Source of the DNA: Thermoplasmata archaeon
Lineage (GTDB): Archaea; Thermoplasmatota; Thermoplasmata; Lutacidiplasmatales; UBA184
DNA length: 64,000 bases
Direction of reading: 5' to 3'
NCBI GenBank assembly: GCA_022750455.1
Contig: JAKIVR010000001.1
Location: 26,270-90,269 of the forward strand
Part shown: positions 8,688 through 17,484 of the stretch, one piece after another
Numbering within the stretch: position 1 is the stretch's first letter
Layout: every line of letters begins with the position of its first letter
The notes under the pieces: model-generated
What the model was told of the DNA's origin: nothing
The model's input: only the letters and a program-made list of their open reading frames with translations
Database searches by the model: none
Translations under genes and position numbers: made by a program

Positions 8688-9632
8688 ATGGCGCGCGGGA
8701 GGTGGCCGACGCTCGAACTCCCCGCGCACCTGGCGGCCCTGTACGCCGGGTTCCCCTTCGACCGCAGCGTCCCGGACGATCCGGTCTCCCTCGTTCGACC
8801 TCTCGCCGTGGACCGTCGCTCCGCCGAGATCGCCGGGATCTTCGCGGCGACCCTCGCCATCGGCCGCGCCGCCTCGATCCGACGGGCGTTCTCGACCTGG
8901 CACGGACTGGCCGGCTGTGACTTCCGTCATTTTGTCGAGCGCTCTGCACGCCCGACTTCGGACCGCGCGGTGCGCGCGTTCCGCCACCGCTGGATCCGGG
9001 GAGATCAGCTGGCGTACCTCGGGTACCGGCTCCACGAGATCCAGCGAGAGCACGGCGGCCTCGAGGAGCTGTTTCGCGCCGGCTTTGAGGGACCGAACGG
9101 ATTCGCGGGCGGAGTCGACGCCTTGGCCCACGGGCTGCGCGGCGACGACGCCACGGCCGCGCGCGTCCGTCCACCGGTGGGGTACCGGATCCTGTTCCCG
9201 AGCCCGCTCGAGTCGGCGCGGAGTCCGTGCAAGCGGGAGACTCTGTTCGTCCGGTGGATGGTGCGGACGGAGGTCCCCGATCTCGGGGTCTGGACGCACA
9301 TCCCGACCGGCGAGCTCCGCATCCCGCTCGACCTGCACGTCTACTGGATCGCCCGGAACCTCGGGCTGACTCATCGCAAGACACCGAGTTGGGCGGCCGT
9401 CGAAGAGATCACCGCGGCGCTGCGGGCGATCGACCCGGTCGACCCCGTGCGCTTCGACTTCGTCCTCTGCCACACAGGCATCTCGGGCGATTGTCCGAAG
9501 CACCGGGAGGTGGCCCGGTGTGGCCCGTGCGCCGTGCGGCCCGACTGTCGGCTCTGGCACGGGCGGCCCTGGCCGGGCCCCCCGTCCGCTCAGGAGCAGC
9601 CGCTCGTGGCGCCACAGACGGTGCACGCGTAG
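8688..9632 (+). CDS. DUF2400/TIGR02757-like protein with an Endonuclease III-type [4Fe-4S] cluster loop; putative DNA glycosylase superfamily member
   Basis: C-terminal CHTGISGDC-x8-CGPCAVRPDC gives a C-x2-C-x5-C spacing characteristic of the EndoIII/MutY Fe-S cluster loop. It is divergent from polX across an 83-bp intergenic region. Start set at M54 (MARGRWPTLELPAHL). Confidence 0.5.
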   Translation: MARGRWPTLELPAHLAALYAGFPFDRSVPDDPVSLVRPLAVDRRSAEIAGIFAATLAIGRAASIRRAFSTWHGLAGCDFRHFVERSARPTSDRAVRAFRHRWIRGDQLAYLGYRLHEIQREHGGLEELFRAGFEGPNGFAGGVDALAHGLRGDDATAARVRPPVGYRILFPSPLESARSPCKRETLFVRWMVRTEVPDLGVWTHIPTGELRIPLDLHVYWIARNLGLTHRKTPSWAAVEEITAALRAIDPVDPVRFDFVLCHTGISGDCPKHREVARCGPCAVRPDCRLWHGRPWPGPPSAQEQPLVAPQTVHA

Positions 9633-12427
9633 CACGTGCCCGACCGGACCATGATGCCGCCGCAGATGTGGCACGACGGGGAGTCGTCCGTGTTCCCGCC
9701 TGACGGGCCGTGCGACGATTCCCCGGAGGGCTCGCGCTCCGGAACCCGCCGTCCGTCCCCGAACGAGTCGAGCGGCTTCGTCTCGAACTTCACCATCGTC
9801 GACAGTTTCGCGCTCGCCACGTTCCCGTGGCCATTGCCGTTCGCCTCCGCCGCGGGTCCTTCGAGGCCGATGGAGCGACGCTCCTCCTCGGTGAGGAACT
9901 CGACCGCGAGCCAGCGGGCGACGTAGTCGGGGATCGACTTCGCGAACCGGATCTTGGCGTTGTTCGTGGCGCCGGACGGCTCGAACCGCATGTGCGCGAG
10001 CTTGCGGACGAGGTCCTTCAACGGCACGCCGTGCTGGAGCGCCATCGACATGGAGATCCCGAGGGAGTCCATGAGGCCGTTGACGGTCGAGCCTTCCTTC
10101 GTGACCCGGAAGAACATCTCGCCCGGCCGGCCGTCGGGGTAGAGACCGACGGTGACGTAGCCGTCGTGTCCGCCGACCTGGAAGTGGTGGGTGATCGCCT
10201 TGCGCTCGTCCGGCAGCTTCTCCCGGACCGCGCCGCGCAGGGCGGGGCCGGTCGACTTGCCCTTCGCCGTCTCGTACGGCTGGGACGCCTTGCAGCCGTC
10301 CCGGTAGAGAGCGACGGACTTGACGCCGAGGCGCCACGCCTCCATGTAGATCTTCTCGATGTCCTCGACCGTCGCGTCGTTCGGGAGGTTGATCGTCTTG
10401 GACGCACCGCCCGAGAGGAACGGTTGGACCGCTCCGAGCATCTTGAGGTGCCCCATCGGCGCGATGGTGCGCGAGCCGGCGGTCGGCGCCAGCGCGCAGT
10501 CGAAGACCGGGAGATGCTCCGGAGCGAGCCCCGGGGCGCCTTCGATCGTCCCGGTCGTCTCGAGGTGATGGACGATCGCGGCCGCCGCCTCGGGCGCGTA
10601 GCCGAGCTCGGCGAGCGCCTCGGTGACGGTGCGGTTGACCATCCGCATCTGTCCGCCCCCGACGAGGTTCTTCACCTTCACCAGGGAGAGCTCGGGCTCG
10701 AGACCGAGCGTGTCGCATCCCATCAGGAGCCCGATGGTGCCCGTCGGGGCGATGACCGAGATCTGGGCGTTCCGGTAGCCCCAGAGCTCGCCGGCCTGGA
10801 CCGTCTCGTGCCACCGGTCCGCCGCCGCCGTGACGTACGCGTCGAACCGCCCGTCGGTCTTCGGGATGGCGTCGGCGGCCTTCGCGTGCTTGCCCATGAC
10901 CCGGATCATCGGGGCCCGGTTCTTGTCGAACCCGGGGAACGACCCGACCCGCCGGGAGATCTCGGCGGACATGTGGTACCCTTCCGCGGAGAGGTACGCC
11001 GAAAGCGCGGCGGCGAGGGTGCGACCCGCGTCGGAGTCGTACGGGACCCCGTAGTGCATCAGGAGCGCGCCCAGGTTCGCGTAGCCGAGCCCGAGGGGCC
11101 GGAAGTCGTGGGAGTTCTGCGCGATGGCGGCGGTCGGGTAGCTCGAGGCGTCGACGATGATCTCCATGGCGAGCGCCATCGTGCGGACGGCGTCGCGGTA
11201 GAGCGGCAGGTCGAAGTCGCCCCGCTCGTTGAGGAACTTCATCAGGTTGATCGACGAGAGGTTGCACGCCGTGTCATCGAGGAACAGGTACTCGCTGCAC
11301 GGGTTCGACGCGTTGATCCGCCCGCTCATCGGGGAGGTGTGCCAGTCGTTGGTGACGTCGTCGTACTGGACGCCCGGGTCCCCGCAGCGCCACGCCGCGT
11401 AGGCGAGCTTGCGCCAGAGGTCGCGCGCCTGGTAGCTGGCCGCCACCGCGTGGTCGGTCCGGTTGTACGTCTTCCACTCGCCGTCGCGTTTGACCGCCTC
11501 CATGAAGGCGTCGGGGATGCGGACGGAGTGGTTGGCGTTCTGGTACGAGATGGAGGCGTAGGCGGAGTCCGGGTCCGTTCCGTCGAAGTTCGATGAGAAC
11601 CCCTCGCGGATGAGGGCCATCGCCTTCTCCTCCTCGCGGACCTTGCACTCGATGAAGTCGACGATGTCCGGGTGGTCCATGTTCAGGATCACCATCTTCG
11701 CGGCGCGGCGCGTGGTGCCGCCGGATTTAATCACGCCGGCGAGCGCATCGAACGCCCGCATGAACGAGACCGGGCCCGAAGCGATCCCGCCGCCGGCGAG
11801 GCGCTCGCGGCTGCCGCGGAGCGGCGAGAGGTTCGATCCCGTCCCGCTGCCGCCCTTGAACAGACGCCCTTCGCTGCCGGCGAGCGCAAGGATCGAGTCC
11901 ATGTCGTCCGTGACGGACTGGATGAAGCACGCCGAGCACTGGGGAGGTTGGCGGACCCCGACGTTGAACCAGACGGGGCTGTTGAACGCCGCCATCTGCT
12001 GGACCATGAGGAAGGCGAGGCTCTCCTCGAGGATCGTCGTCTCCTCGACGGTGTCGAGGTAGCCGAGCTCGAGCCCTTTCTGGGCGATCCAGTGCGTCAC
12101 GCGCCGGATCATCCCTTCGATGCTCGTCTCGCGCTGCCCGGCGATGATGCGGAAGTACTTCGACGCCGCGATGTTGATCGCGGTGTCCGACCAGCTCGTC
12201 GGGGCTCGGATCCCCTTGAGCTCGAAGATGACCTTGCCGTCCGCGGCCTTGATCACGGAGTCGTGGAGCCTCCACGAAACCGTGTCGAACGCCGTCTTAC
12301 CCCGAGGTACGAGGCGAGGTACGGCGATCGGCTCCCGCCCGTTCCGGCCGGCGGGCCGGATCCCGGTGTCGTCGGTAGGGGTGTTCGGGTTGCTCGAGAC
12401 GGCGGCGCGCTTTCGGGCTACGGCCAT
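9590..12427 (-). CDS. nrdJ: Adenosylcobalamin-dependent (class II) ribonucleotide reductase with a C-terminal Cys-rich zinc ribbon
   Basis: 945 aa with conserved class II RNR blocks (NPCSEYLFLDDTACNLSSINL, VIAPTGTIGLLMG, SKTINLP). The C-terminus CHICGGIMVRSGTCYACTVCGATSGCS matches the zinc-finger domain described for many class II RNRs. No intein is visible. Confidence 0.9.
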   Translation of the reverse strand: MAVARKRAAVSSNPNTPTDDTGIRPAGRNGREPIAVPRLVPRGKTAFDTVSWRLHDSVIKAADGKVIFELKGIRAPTSWSDTAINIAASKYFRIIAGQRETSIEGMIRRVTHWIAQKGLELGYLDTVEETTILEESLAFLMVQQMAAFNSPVWFNVGVRQPPQCSACFIQSVTDDMDSILALAGSEGRLFKGGSGTGSNLSPLRGSRERLAGGGIASGPVSFMRAFDALAGVIKSGGTTRRAAKMVILNMDHPDIVDFIECKVREEEKAMALIREGFSSNFDGTDPDSAYASISYQNANHSVRIPDAFMEAVKRDGEWKTYNRTDHAVAASYQARDLWRKLAYAAWRCGDPGVQYDDVTNDWHTSPMSGRINASNPCSEYLFLDDTACNLSSINLMKFLNERGDFDLPLYRDAVRTMALAMEIIVDASSYPTAAIAQNSHDFRPLGLGYANLGALLMHYGVPYDSDAGRTLAAALSAYLSAEGYHMSAEISRRVGSFPGFDKNRAPMIRVMGKHAKAADAIPKTDGRFDAYVTAAADRWHETVQAGELWGYRNAQISVIAPTGTIGLLMGCDTLGLEPELSLVKVKNLVGGGQMRMVNRTVTEALAELGYAPEAAAAIVHHLETTGTIEGAPGLAPEHLPVFDCALAPTAGSRTIAPMGHLKMLGAVQPFLSGGASKTINLPNDATVEDIEKIYMEAWRLGVKSVALYRDGCKASQPYETAKGKSTGPALRGAVREKLPDERKAITHHFQVGGHDGYVTVGLYPDGRPGEMFFRVTKEGSTVNGLMDSLGISMSMALQHGVPLKDLVRKLAHMRFEPSGATNNAKIRFAKSIPDYVARWLAVEFLTEEERRSIGLEGPAAEANGNGHGNVASAKLSTMVKFETKPLDSFGDGRRVPEREPSGESSHGPSGGNTDDSPSCHICGGIMVRSGTCYACTVCGATSGCS

Positions 12428-12777
12428 GGATGTTCACTTCCTTAGAGATGGAGCGGAGATGCGTGCGGGGCGCGGTGTGGGATATGTCTTTCCTAGGCGC
12501 GGGCGACCATTTCCCCTTCCCGAACGGAAGGTGAAACGGCTCTCCCCTCCACCGTTGCGCCGGACGGTCCGTTCCTCGAGATAGGAAGAACGGACCGAAT
12601 CGGGCACCTCAGCTCACTCCGGGCGCGAGGAGAGCAGTTCCGGTATATCTGCAGTCGGACGGACCTGCCACTTCCCGGCCTCTCGGAGGAACGCGAACCG
12701 CGGCCCGGCGTCACGTTTTCCGCGGCCTGACGCCGCTCTGGCGGAGAGCTCAAAATGGCGAACGACTCCCGGGCGTC

Positions 12778-12948
12778 ATGCCGTGCCGCCACGAGATCTC
12801 GGATCCGCTGAAGTGCGAGATGTGCGGCGCGTACCTGTGGGTGAGCGAGGACATGATGTTCTGCGGCGACTGCGGGGTCGTGATGCCGTGCTCGATGGTG
12901 CGGCGGCCGGTCCCCGATACGCGCGGTGGGCCCCGAGTCTCCGCCTGA
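12778..12948 (+). CDS. Small Cys-rich zinc-ribbon protein, 56 aa
   Basis: MPCRHEISDPLKCEMCGAYLWVSEDMMFCGDCGVVMPCSMVRRPVPDTRGGPRVSA has CxxC...CxxC. It is absent from the ORF track because it is under 60 aa, and lies immediately upstream of a membrane protein gene. Confidence 0.5.
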   Translation: MPCRHEISDPLKCEMCGAYLWVSEDMMFCGDCGVVMPCSMVRRPVPDTRGGPRVSA

Positions 12949-12982
12949 CGCGGGCCGGTATCCCTCGGAGCGACGTCGAACG

Positions 12983-13558
12983 ATGATCGTGGTCTCCCCC
13001 GCCCTCGAGGAAGCGATCGGCCTCGAGCTGCTGATCCTCTTCCTCGTCGCGCGTCGGGCGTATCAGATGTACATGGGGGTGACGTACTCCGCCCCTCGCT
13101 TGTATCTCGTGATGGTCCTGTACGGGTTCCTCCTCGCCCTGACCCTGGGGGAGACGTACGCTCTGTTCCCGTGGTACGCGACCGCCGCGGATGTGGCGAT
13201 CGTCGTCGCGACGGCGTGGCTGTTCACGGCCCACGCCGCGTCGACAGTGGTCTTCGAGACCGGGCCGACGGGCGTGCGAAAGTACCGCCTGCCGATCTCT
13301 CTCGTCCTCGTCTACATCGTCCTGTTCGCGGTCCGGCTCGCGATCGAGGTCGTCTACTTCCCGAGCTTGATCACCGACGGGACGGCCCCAGCGGCCGGCA
13401 CGATCTCGACCGTCGCCTTCGTCGCCCTGGCGACCGTCGACGCCCTCTTCGCGTTCAGCACGGGGCTTCTGTTCGGCCGGGGCTTGGGCGTCGTCCGAGC
13501 CCACGACCGGCTTCCGGCGATCCCACCTCCGCCCACCGCTCCGAGTTGGAGCCAGTAG
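12983..13558 (+). CDS. Hypothetical integral membrane protein, about 4 TM helices
   Basis: Begins MIVVSPALEEAIGLELLILFLVARRAYQMY and contains several 20-residue hydrophobic segments. It is composition-distinct from the surrounding antisense ORFs. Confidence 0.55.
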   Translation: MIVVSPALEEAIGLELLILFLVARRAYQMYMGVTYSAPRLYLVMVLYGFLLALTLGETYALFPWYATAADVAIVVATAWLFTAHAASTVVFETGPTGVRKYRLPISLVLVYIVLFAVRLAIEVVYFPSLITDGTAPAAGTISTVAFVALATVDALFAFSTGLLFGRGLGVVRAHDRLPAIPPPPTAPSWSQ

Positions 13559-13614
13559 GCCCCGTCGATGGAGTGTGGACTCCGGGGTCCGTTCGCCACG
13601 ACCGACCGGGCGGA

Positions 13615-13908
13615 CTACGGAGTACCCGCGACCCCGAGTCCGGCGCCACCGACCCAGCCGATTCCCCGTTGAATGACCCCGGCGACACCCAGACCGGCGC
13701 CGCCCACCCACCGGAGCCCCCCGGTCACGGCGCGGAACCCGACCCCCACGAGGGAGGCCGATCCAATCGTTCCCGGTAGGGTGAGGAGCCGCGCGACGAG
13801 GACCCCAAACGCCACGGTTCCGAGGATGACGAGTCCCCTCCGCCGTGCGTTGGCCCGGATGGATCGTCGCGAACTCCCGCCGTCCCGGAGAGGCCGCTCG
13901 TAGCTCAT
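13615..13908 (-). CDS. Possible small glycine-zipper membrane protein
   Basis: MSYERPL..., then a TM segment, then duplicated GWVGGAGLGVAG blocks that map to a 36-nt direct DNA repeat. Weak support. Confidence 0.3.
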   Translation of the reverse strand: MSYERPLRDGGSSRRSIRANARRRGLVILGTVAFGVLVARLLTLPGTIGSASLVGVGFRAVTGGLRWVGGAGLGVAGVIQRGIGWVGGAGLGVAGTP

Positions 13909-14085
13909 GGTGACCTTCGGCGTAGGAGAGGCGCGGGAGGTTAATGCGACACACCGAACCTTCAACCCGCCCCGGCTCGGCGACGCCGGGGCGACGCGCG
14001 AGACGACGTACCGGCGCTTTGGGATGTTCCCCGGTGGGCCGGGAGGGGGAGAATGGGTTGGCTCCCGCGGAGTGAGATCGACCCT

Positions 14086-14949
14086 CTACCGGATGGTGAT
14101 CGACTCCAACTGCATCCCGCCGCCATTGACCTGGGTGGGGTTGCCGAGCACGAAGCTCGCGGTGGCGAGCGAGCCCGGCGTCGCCGGGTCCGCCGAGACC
14201 TCCGACATGAGCTCGACGACGATCTGCATTTCGTACGTCCCCTTGGGGAGGCGGAGCGTGCCGCTGACTCCCGGTGTGAGAACGACGATCTGGTGGTGGG
14301 CGCTCTCGTTCACCGTTCCGTTCTGGCTGGTGAACTCCTCGGCGATCGGATCGAGGAACCCAGGGAGGTTGAGGTGGGGGTTCGGCACGGTCGGTGCGAT
14401 GTCCCAGCTCACGGAGAGCTCGAACTCGGCCCAGGTGTTGGTGATGCCGGGCGCGCTGCTCCCTCCCGCGACCGAGAGCTTCCCGGTGTAGCTGAGCTCC
14501 CAGACCTGCTGGATCGAGTAGTTCGCCGTGTGGTCGACGGTGAAGTTCACGGTGGCGTACGAGAGCGTGACGCTCGAGCTTGCGGTGCTCGGCTGGGCGT
14601 ACGCCGCGCACCCGCGGGCCGAGTCGACCGCCGACCCGAGGAACAGGCCGGTCGCTTGGTCGAAGTACGCCGCTGCCGGTTCGCGGTAGTTCGAGCACCC
14701 CGAGAGCTGGGTGGCCCCGCCCAGGCTCGCGGTGCCGGGGAACGGCCCGGTCAAATGCAGGAGAGGGGTGGGTGCGGCGCTGACGAACGCCGCTGCGATC
14801 AGCAAGAGGCCAAAGCCGGTCGCGCCCAATGCTCCGAACCGTGTCGCGGTTCGGCGCCGACGGGCGGCGGGCTCGGGCGGGTCTTTGCACGTCGCTCGGG
14901 TCCGGGAGGTCGGGTCGGGCATCTCCAGCGGTCGCTTTTCGGTCTTCAT
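14086..14949 (-). CDS. Secreted or anchored hypothetical protein (N-terminal signal/anchor, Ser/Thr-rich, beta-rich)
   Basis: Begins MKTEKRPLEMPDPTSRTRATCKDPPEPAARRRRTATRFGALGATGFGLLLIAAAFVSAAPT (h-region), then a region rich in S/T/N with beta-strand character. A CTTGATATCC TATA-like element lies about 35 nt upstream. Confidence 0.5.
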   Translation of the reverse strand: MKTEKRPLEMPDPTSRTRATCKDPPEPAARRRRTATRFGALGATGFGLLLIAAAFVSAAPTPLLHLTGPFPGTASLGGATQLSGCSNYREPAAAYFDQATGLFLGSAVDSARGCAAYAQPSTASSSVTLSYATVNFTVDHTANYSIQQVWELSYTGKLSVAGGSSAPGITNTWAEFELSVSWDIAPTVPNPHLNLPGFLDPIAEEFTSQNGTVNESAHHQIVVLTPGVSGTLRLPKGTYEMQIVVELMSEVSADPATPGSLATASFVLGNPTQVNGGGMQLESITIR

Positions 14950-15056
14950 CGTCGCCTCGACCGAGGACCCGGCGGCCGGGATATCAAGACTCAGCGATGG
15001 CAGGAGTGACAGGGAAGGGTGAGACACGGGGAGGTTGGGGACCCCCGCGCCTCCGA

Positions 15057-16148
15057 TCAGGCCCGGGTCGCCATCTTCCGCTCGGCCGACGACGGTCCGC
15101 TCGGTTCGGAGGACGCCCGAAGCCGCAACCGCGCGAGCCACGTCCTGTACTCGTGGGCGCGAGGGAGCCCCCACTGGATCAGGTAGCGCCGGTCGAGGAG
15201 CGGGTGGGGCAGTTCCAGCGAGACCGACGGCCCGTGCCGGCGGAGCCCCTCTTGAGAGCCGACCGTCCGACTGAGCCGCCGGATCCGCACCGTCTCGGCG
15301 CGGTCAAGCCGCGGTCGGTCCAGGTCGTACGCCGCCGCGGCGGGAGCGCGGAATGGATACTCCGGTGGGAAGAGGATCTGGAACCGAAGGTGGGCCTCGG
15401 GGTGCATCCGGAACCTCCGACCATCTGGGCGGCCACTCGGTTGCTCGAGGGAGTCGTATTCGCACTCCCTCCGGGCGAGGGGCCCGCCCTTGTCCGACCG
15501 CGGGGGGGCCTCCCGATGCATCCGGACCGGGACCAGTCGCTCGTTCCCCGTCGCGAGCTGGTTCCACCGGTTGCCCGGCCGGCTCGGGCTCTCGAGCTGC
15601 AACCGCGCGGTCATCGGGCCAAAGTCCATCGAATCCGGCCACGTGGGCGGAGGGGTCGGAAGCCACCTCAGGTGCGCGGGTTGCGAGCTCCACCAGTCGA
15701 ACTCCGACCGGGCGGCGTCCCCGGGGCGGGCGATCCACCGCTGTTGCCCCTTCGTGACACGCGATTCGTACCGGCAGAGGAGTCGAGAACTACCTTCGGG
15801 TCGAACGACCACGGTCATCTCGACCCACCGGAACTCCACCTCGGGCGGAAGGGGATCCGCCCCGGCGGGTCGGAGGGAGTACGACCCGTCCGGCTCTCGT
15901 TCGAGGTCCCGGAGCTGGACGAGCTTCGCCAGGTGGCGCGCCGCCGTGGCGCGCGACGTGTGAAAGCGCCCCCGGACCGCTTCCACGATGTCCCCGAACC
16001 GAGGCGACGGATGCTCGAGCACGTAGCGCGTGACGTACGAATCGATCTCGCCCTCGGCACCGAGGGGGGCCGCCCGCCGGACGTCCGCGAACGGGTCGGT
16101 AGGACCCGACCGCCCCGGCCCGGCGCGGGAGGAGGGCCGCGCCGTCAC
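15057..16148 (-). CDS. Uncharacterised protein, paralog 2: N-terminal winged-helix domain plus an unknown C-terminal domain
   Basis: wHTH segment EIDSYVTRYVLEHPSPRFGDIVEAVRGRFHTSRATAARHLAKLVQLRDLERE. The C-terminal blocks FRMHPEAHLRFQILFPPEYPF and GLRRHGPSVSLELPHPLLDRRYLIQWGLP are shared with the adjacent gene. A GTG start sits 5 nt after the upstream stop. Confidence 0.5.
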   Translation of the reverse strand: MTARPSSRAGPGRSGPTDPFADVRRAAPLGAEGEIDSYVTRYVLEHPSPRFGDIVEAVRGRFHTSRATAARHLAKLVQLRDLEREPDGSYSLRPAGADPLPPEVEFRWVEMTVVVRPEGSSRLLCRYESRVTKGQQRWIARPGDAARSEFDWWSSQPAHLRWLPTPPPTWPDSMDFGPMTARLQLESPSRPGNRWNQLATGNERLVPVRMHREAPPRSDKGGPLARRECEYDSLEQPSGRPDGRRFRMHPEAHLRFQILFPPEYPFRAPAAAAYDLDRPRLDRAETVRIRRLSRTVGSQEGLRRHGPSVSLELPHPLLDRRYLIQWGLPRAHEYRTWLARLRLRASSEPSGPSSAERKMATRA

Positions 16149-16150
16149 GC

Positions 16151-17203
16151 TCAGCCGGCCTCCGGAGTCCGGCCCCCGGGAGCGTGGAGCGAGGACGAAA
16201 GCCAGCGAAGGTACGCGGCGCGCGAGGGGAGGCGCCAGCGCACGCGATAGCTCCGGTCGAGTCGAGGATGGGGGACGGAGAGCGACAGCGTGGAGCCGAT
16301 GCGGCGCAGTCCCTCCGGGCTCTGCGGATCGCGTCCGAGCGCCTCGATCCGGGCGACCTCGGCTGCATCGCTCCGGCTCCCGCTGCCTCCGACCTGGACC
16401 TGCAGGCTCGCCTCGCCGAACGGGTAGCCCGGGGGGAAGAGGAGGCGCATGCGGAAGTGGGCGTCCGGGCTGAACCGGTAGCTGACCCCCGGGCGCGGCT
16501 GCGACGGCTCCAAGAACCGAGCCGATTCGTACCGGGCATCGACCCCCCGCGTCTCGTCCGCCTCGTGCCCTGGCGCCCCGTCCCACATGCGCAGCACCGG
16601 GGGAAATCCGATCTCGAAGGTGTGCCGCACCCAATCCCGGTTGCGGGCGGTAAGCGGCTCTCGATACTCCATCACTTCCATGGGGAGGCCGGAGTCGGAT
16701 TCGTCCGGCGAGACCTGGCGGATCCGGTGAGGATGGGAGCTCCACCAGGTGTGGCAGAGCGCGCCCCCGGGAACGACGATCGGGGCGAACTCGAGCCGGC
16801 CCTGTACCACCCGGGAGGTCGAGGAGAGGTTCGACCAGTACGACCCGTCCGCTTGGACGCTGCCCCACAGCTCCAGCCATTGCCGCTCCAGCACCACGGG
16901 GAACGGGGCCTCCGAGCTGCCCGCCATCGCGTAGGATGCGTCGGCCAGCTGGACAACCTCTCCTAGCTCGACCAAACCGGCGAGGGCGCGGGCGGCCGTG
17001 CGCTCCGAGCCGCGGCGCGCGTCCACGGTCGCGCGCACGAGCTCGCGGTACCGCAGGCGCGGGTGGTCGCGCAGATGGTCGAGGAGGAAGCTCTCGATCT
17101 GACGGGGCGACGCGCTCCGGGGCATCTTCGCCGGGGGATGGGTGTCGCCCTTCAAAGAACCGTAGGTGGCGACGGGACGGCGCGTGGAGGGGGGAGGAAC
17201 CAA
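16151..17203 (-). CDS. Uncharacterised protein, paralog 1: N-terminal winged-helix domain plus an unknown C-terminal domain
   Basis: wHTH segment IESFLLDHLRDHPRLRYRELVRATVDARRGSERTAARALAGLVELGEVV. The C-terminal blocks FRMRLLFPPGYPFG and GLRRIGSTLSLSVPHPRLDRSYRVRWRLP are clearly homologous to the downstream gene. The start may instead be at M27 (17125). Confidence 0.55.
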   Translation of the reverse strand: MVPPPSTRRPVATYGSLKGDTHPPAKMPRSASPRQIESFLLDHLRDHPRLRYRELVRATVDARRGSERTAARALAGLVELGEVVQLADASYAMAGSSEAPFPVVLERQWLELWGSVQADGSYWSNLSSTSRVVQGRLEFAPIVVPGGALCHTWWSSHPHRIRQVSPDESDSGLPMEVMEYREPLTARNRDWVRHTFEIGFPPVLRMWDGAPGHEADETRGVDARYESARFLEPSQPRPGVSYRFSPDAHFRMRLLFPPGYPFGEASLQVQVGGSGSRSDAAEVARIEALGRDPQSPEGLRRIGSTLSLSVPHPRLDRSYRVRWRLPSRAAYLRWLSSSLHAPGGRTPEAG

Positions 17204-17246
17204 ACAAATGGGGAATTGGGATCCCTCCCGGTTTCCCGGGAGGGAT
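17190..17246 (-). terminator. Hairpin (11-bp perfect stem ATCCCTCCCGG-TTT-CCGGGAGGGAT) plus a downstream T-rich tract; terminator of the small Lys-rich gene
   Basis: A perfect palindrome at 17221-17246 is followed on the minus strand by AAUUCCCCAUUUGUUUGG. A second small hairpin, GGGTC-TCGGG-GACCC, lies just before it. Confidence 0.55.
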
Positions 17247-17268
17247 CGAAGGGTCTCGGGGACCCGGT

Positions 17269-17484
17269 TTAGGCGTTCTTCATCTTGGCGCGGGCGATGT
17301 ATCCCTTCTTGTCGAGGAAGTACATGTAGCCGTCAGCGCGAACGATCTTTTCGCTGCCGACCTTACTCTTCCGCCCAGACTTGTTCAGCTTGGTGGGAGT
17401 CTTCCAGAGATACCCGTCCTTCCCGAGGTAGTAGAGATATCCCTTCTCCCGTGTGACCTGCTCCTTCCCGATGCGCTCTGCCAT
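17269..17484 (-). CDS. Small Lys-rich basic protein (about 71 aa) with an internal tandem aromatic repeat, encoded in a low-GC island
   Basis: MAERIGKEQVTREKGYLYYLGKDGYLWKTPTKLNKSGRKSKVGSEKIVRADGYMYFLDKKGYIARAKMKNA contains two GY-x-Y-[YF]-L-x-K-x-GY repeats. The gene has about 55% GC against about 70% around it, with AAG/AAA-rich codons. It lies directly downstream of hutI. Confidence 0.6.
   Translation of the reverse strand: MAERIGKEQVTREKGYLYYLGKDGYLWKTPTKLNKSGRKSKVGSEKIVRADGYMYFLDKKGYIARAKMKNA

Noticed and set aside
6324-11267. 1647-aa ORF on the minus strand
   Set aside because: Arg/Gly/Pro-rich low-complexity translation that is antisense to or overlaps nrdJ, polX and the DUF2400 gene. 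It is a typical spurious long ORF in 70% GC DNA with few stop codons.
12428-12777. Cobalamin riboswitch upstream of nrdJ
   Set aside because: No B12-box-like consensus is visible, and B12 riboswitches normally control B12-independent isozymes, not nrdJ.
12776-14890. 704-aa minus-strand ORF
   Set aside because: Arg-rich junk that overlaps well-supported plus- and minus-strand genes in other frames.
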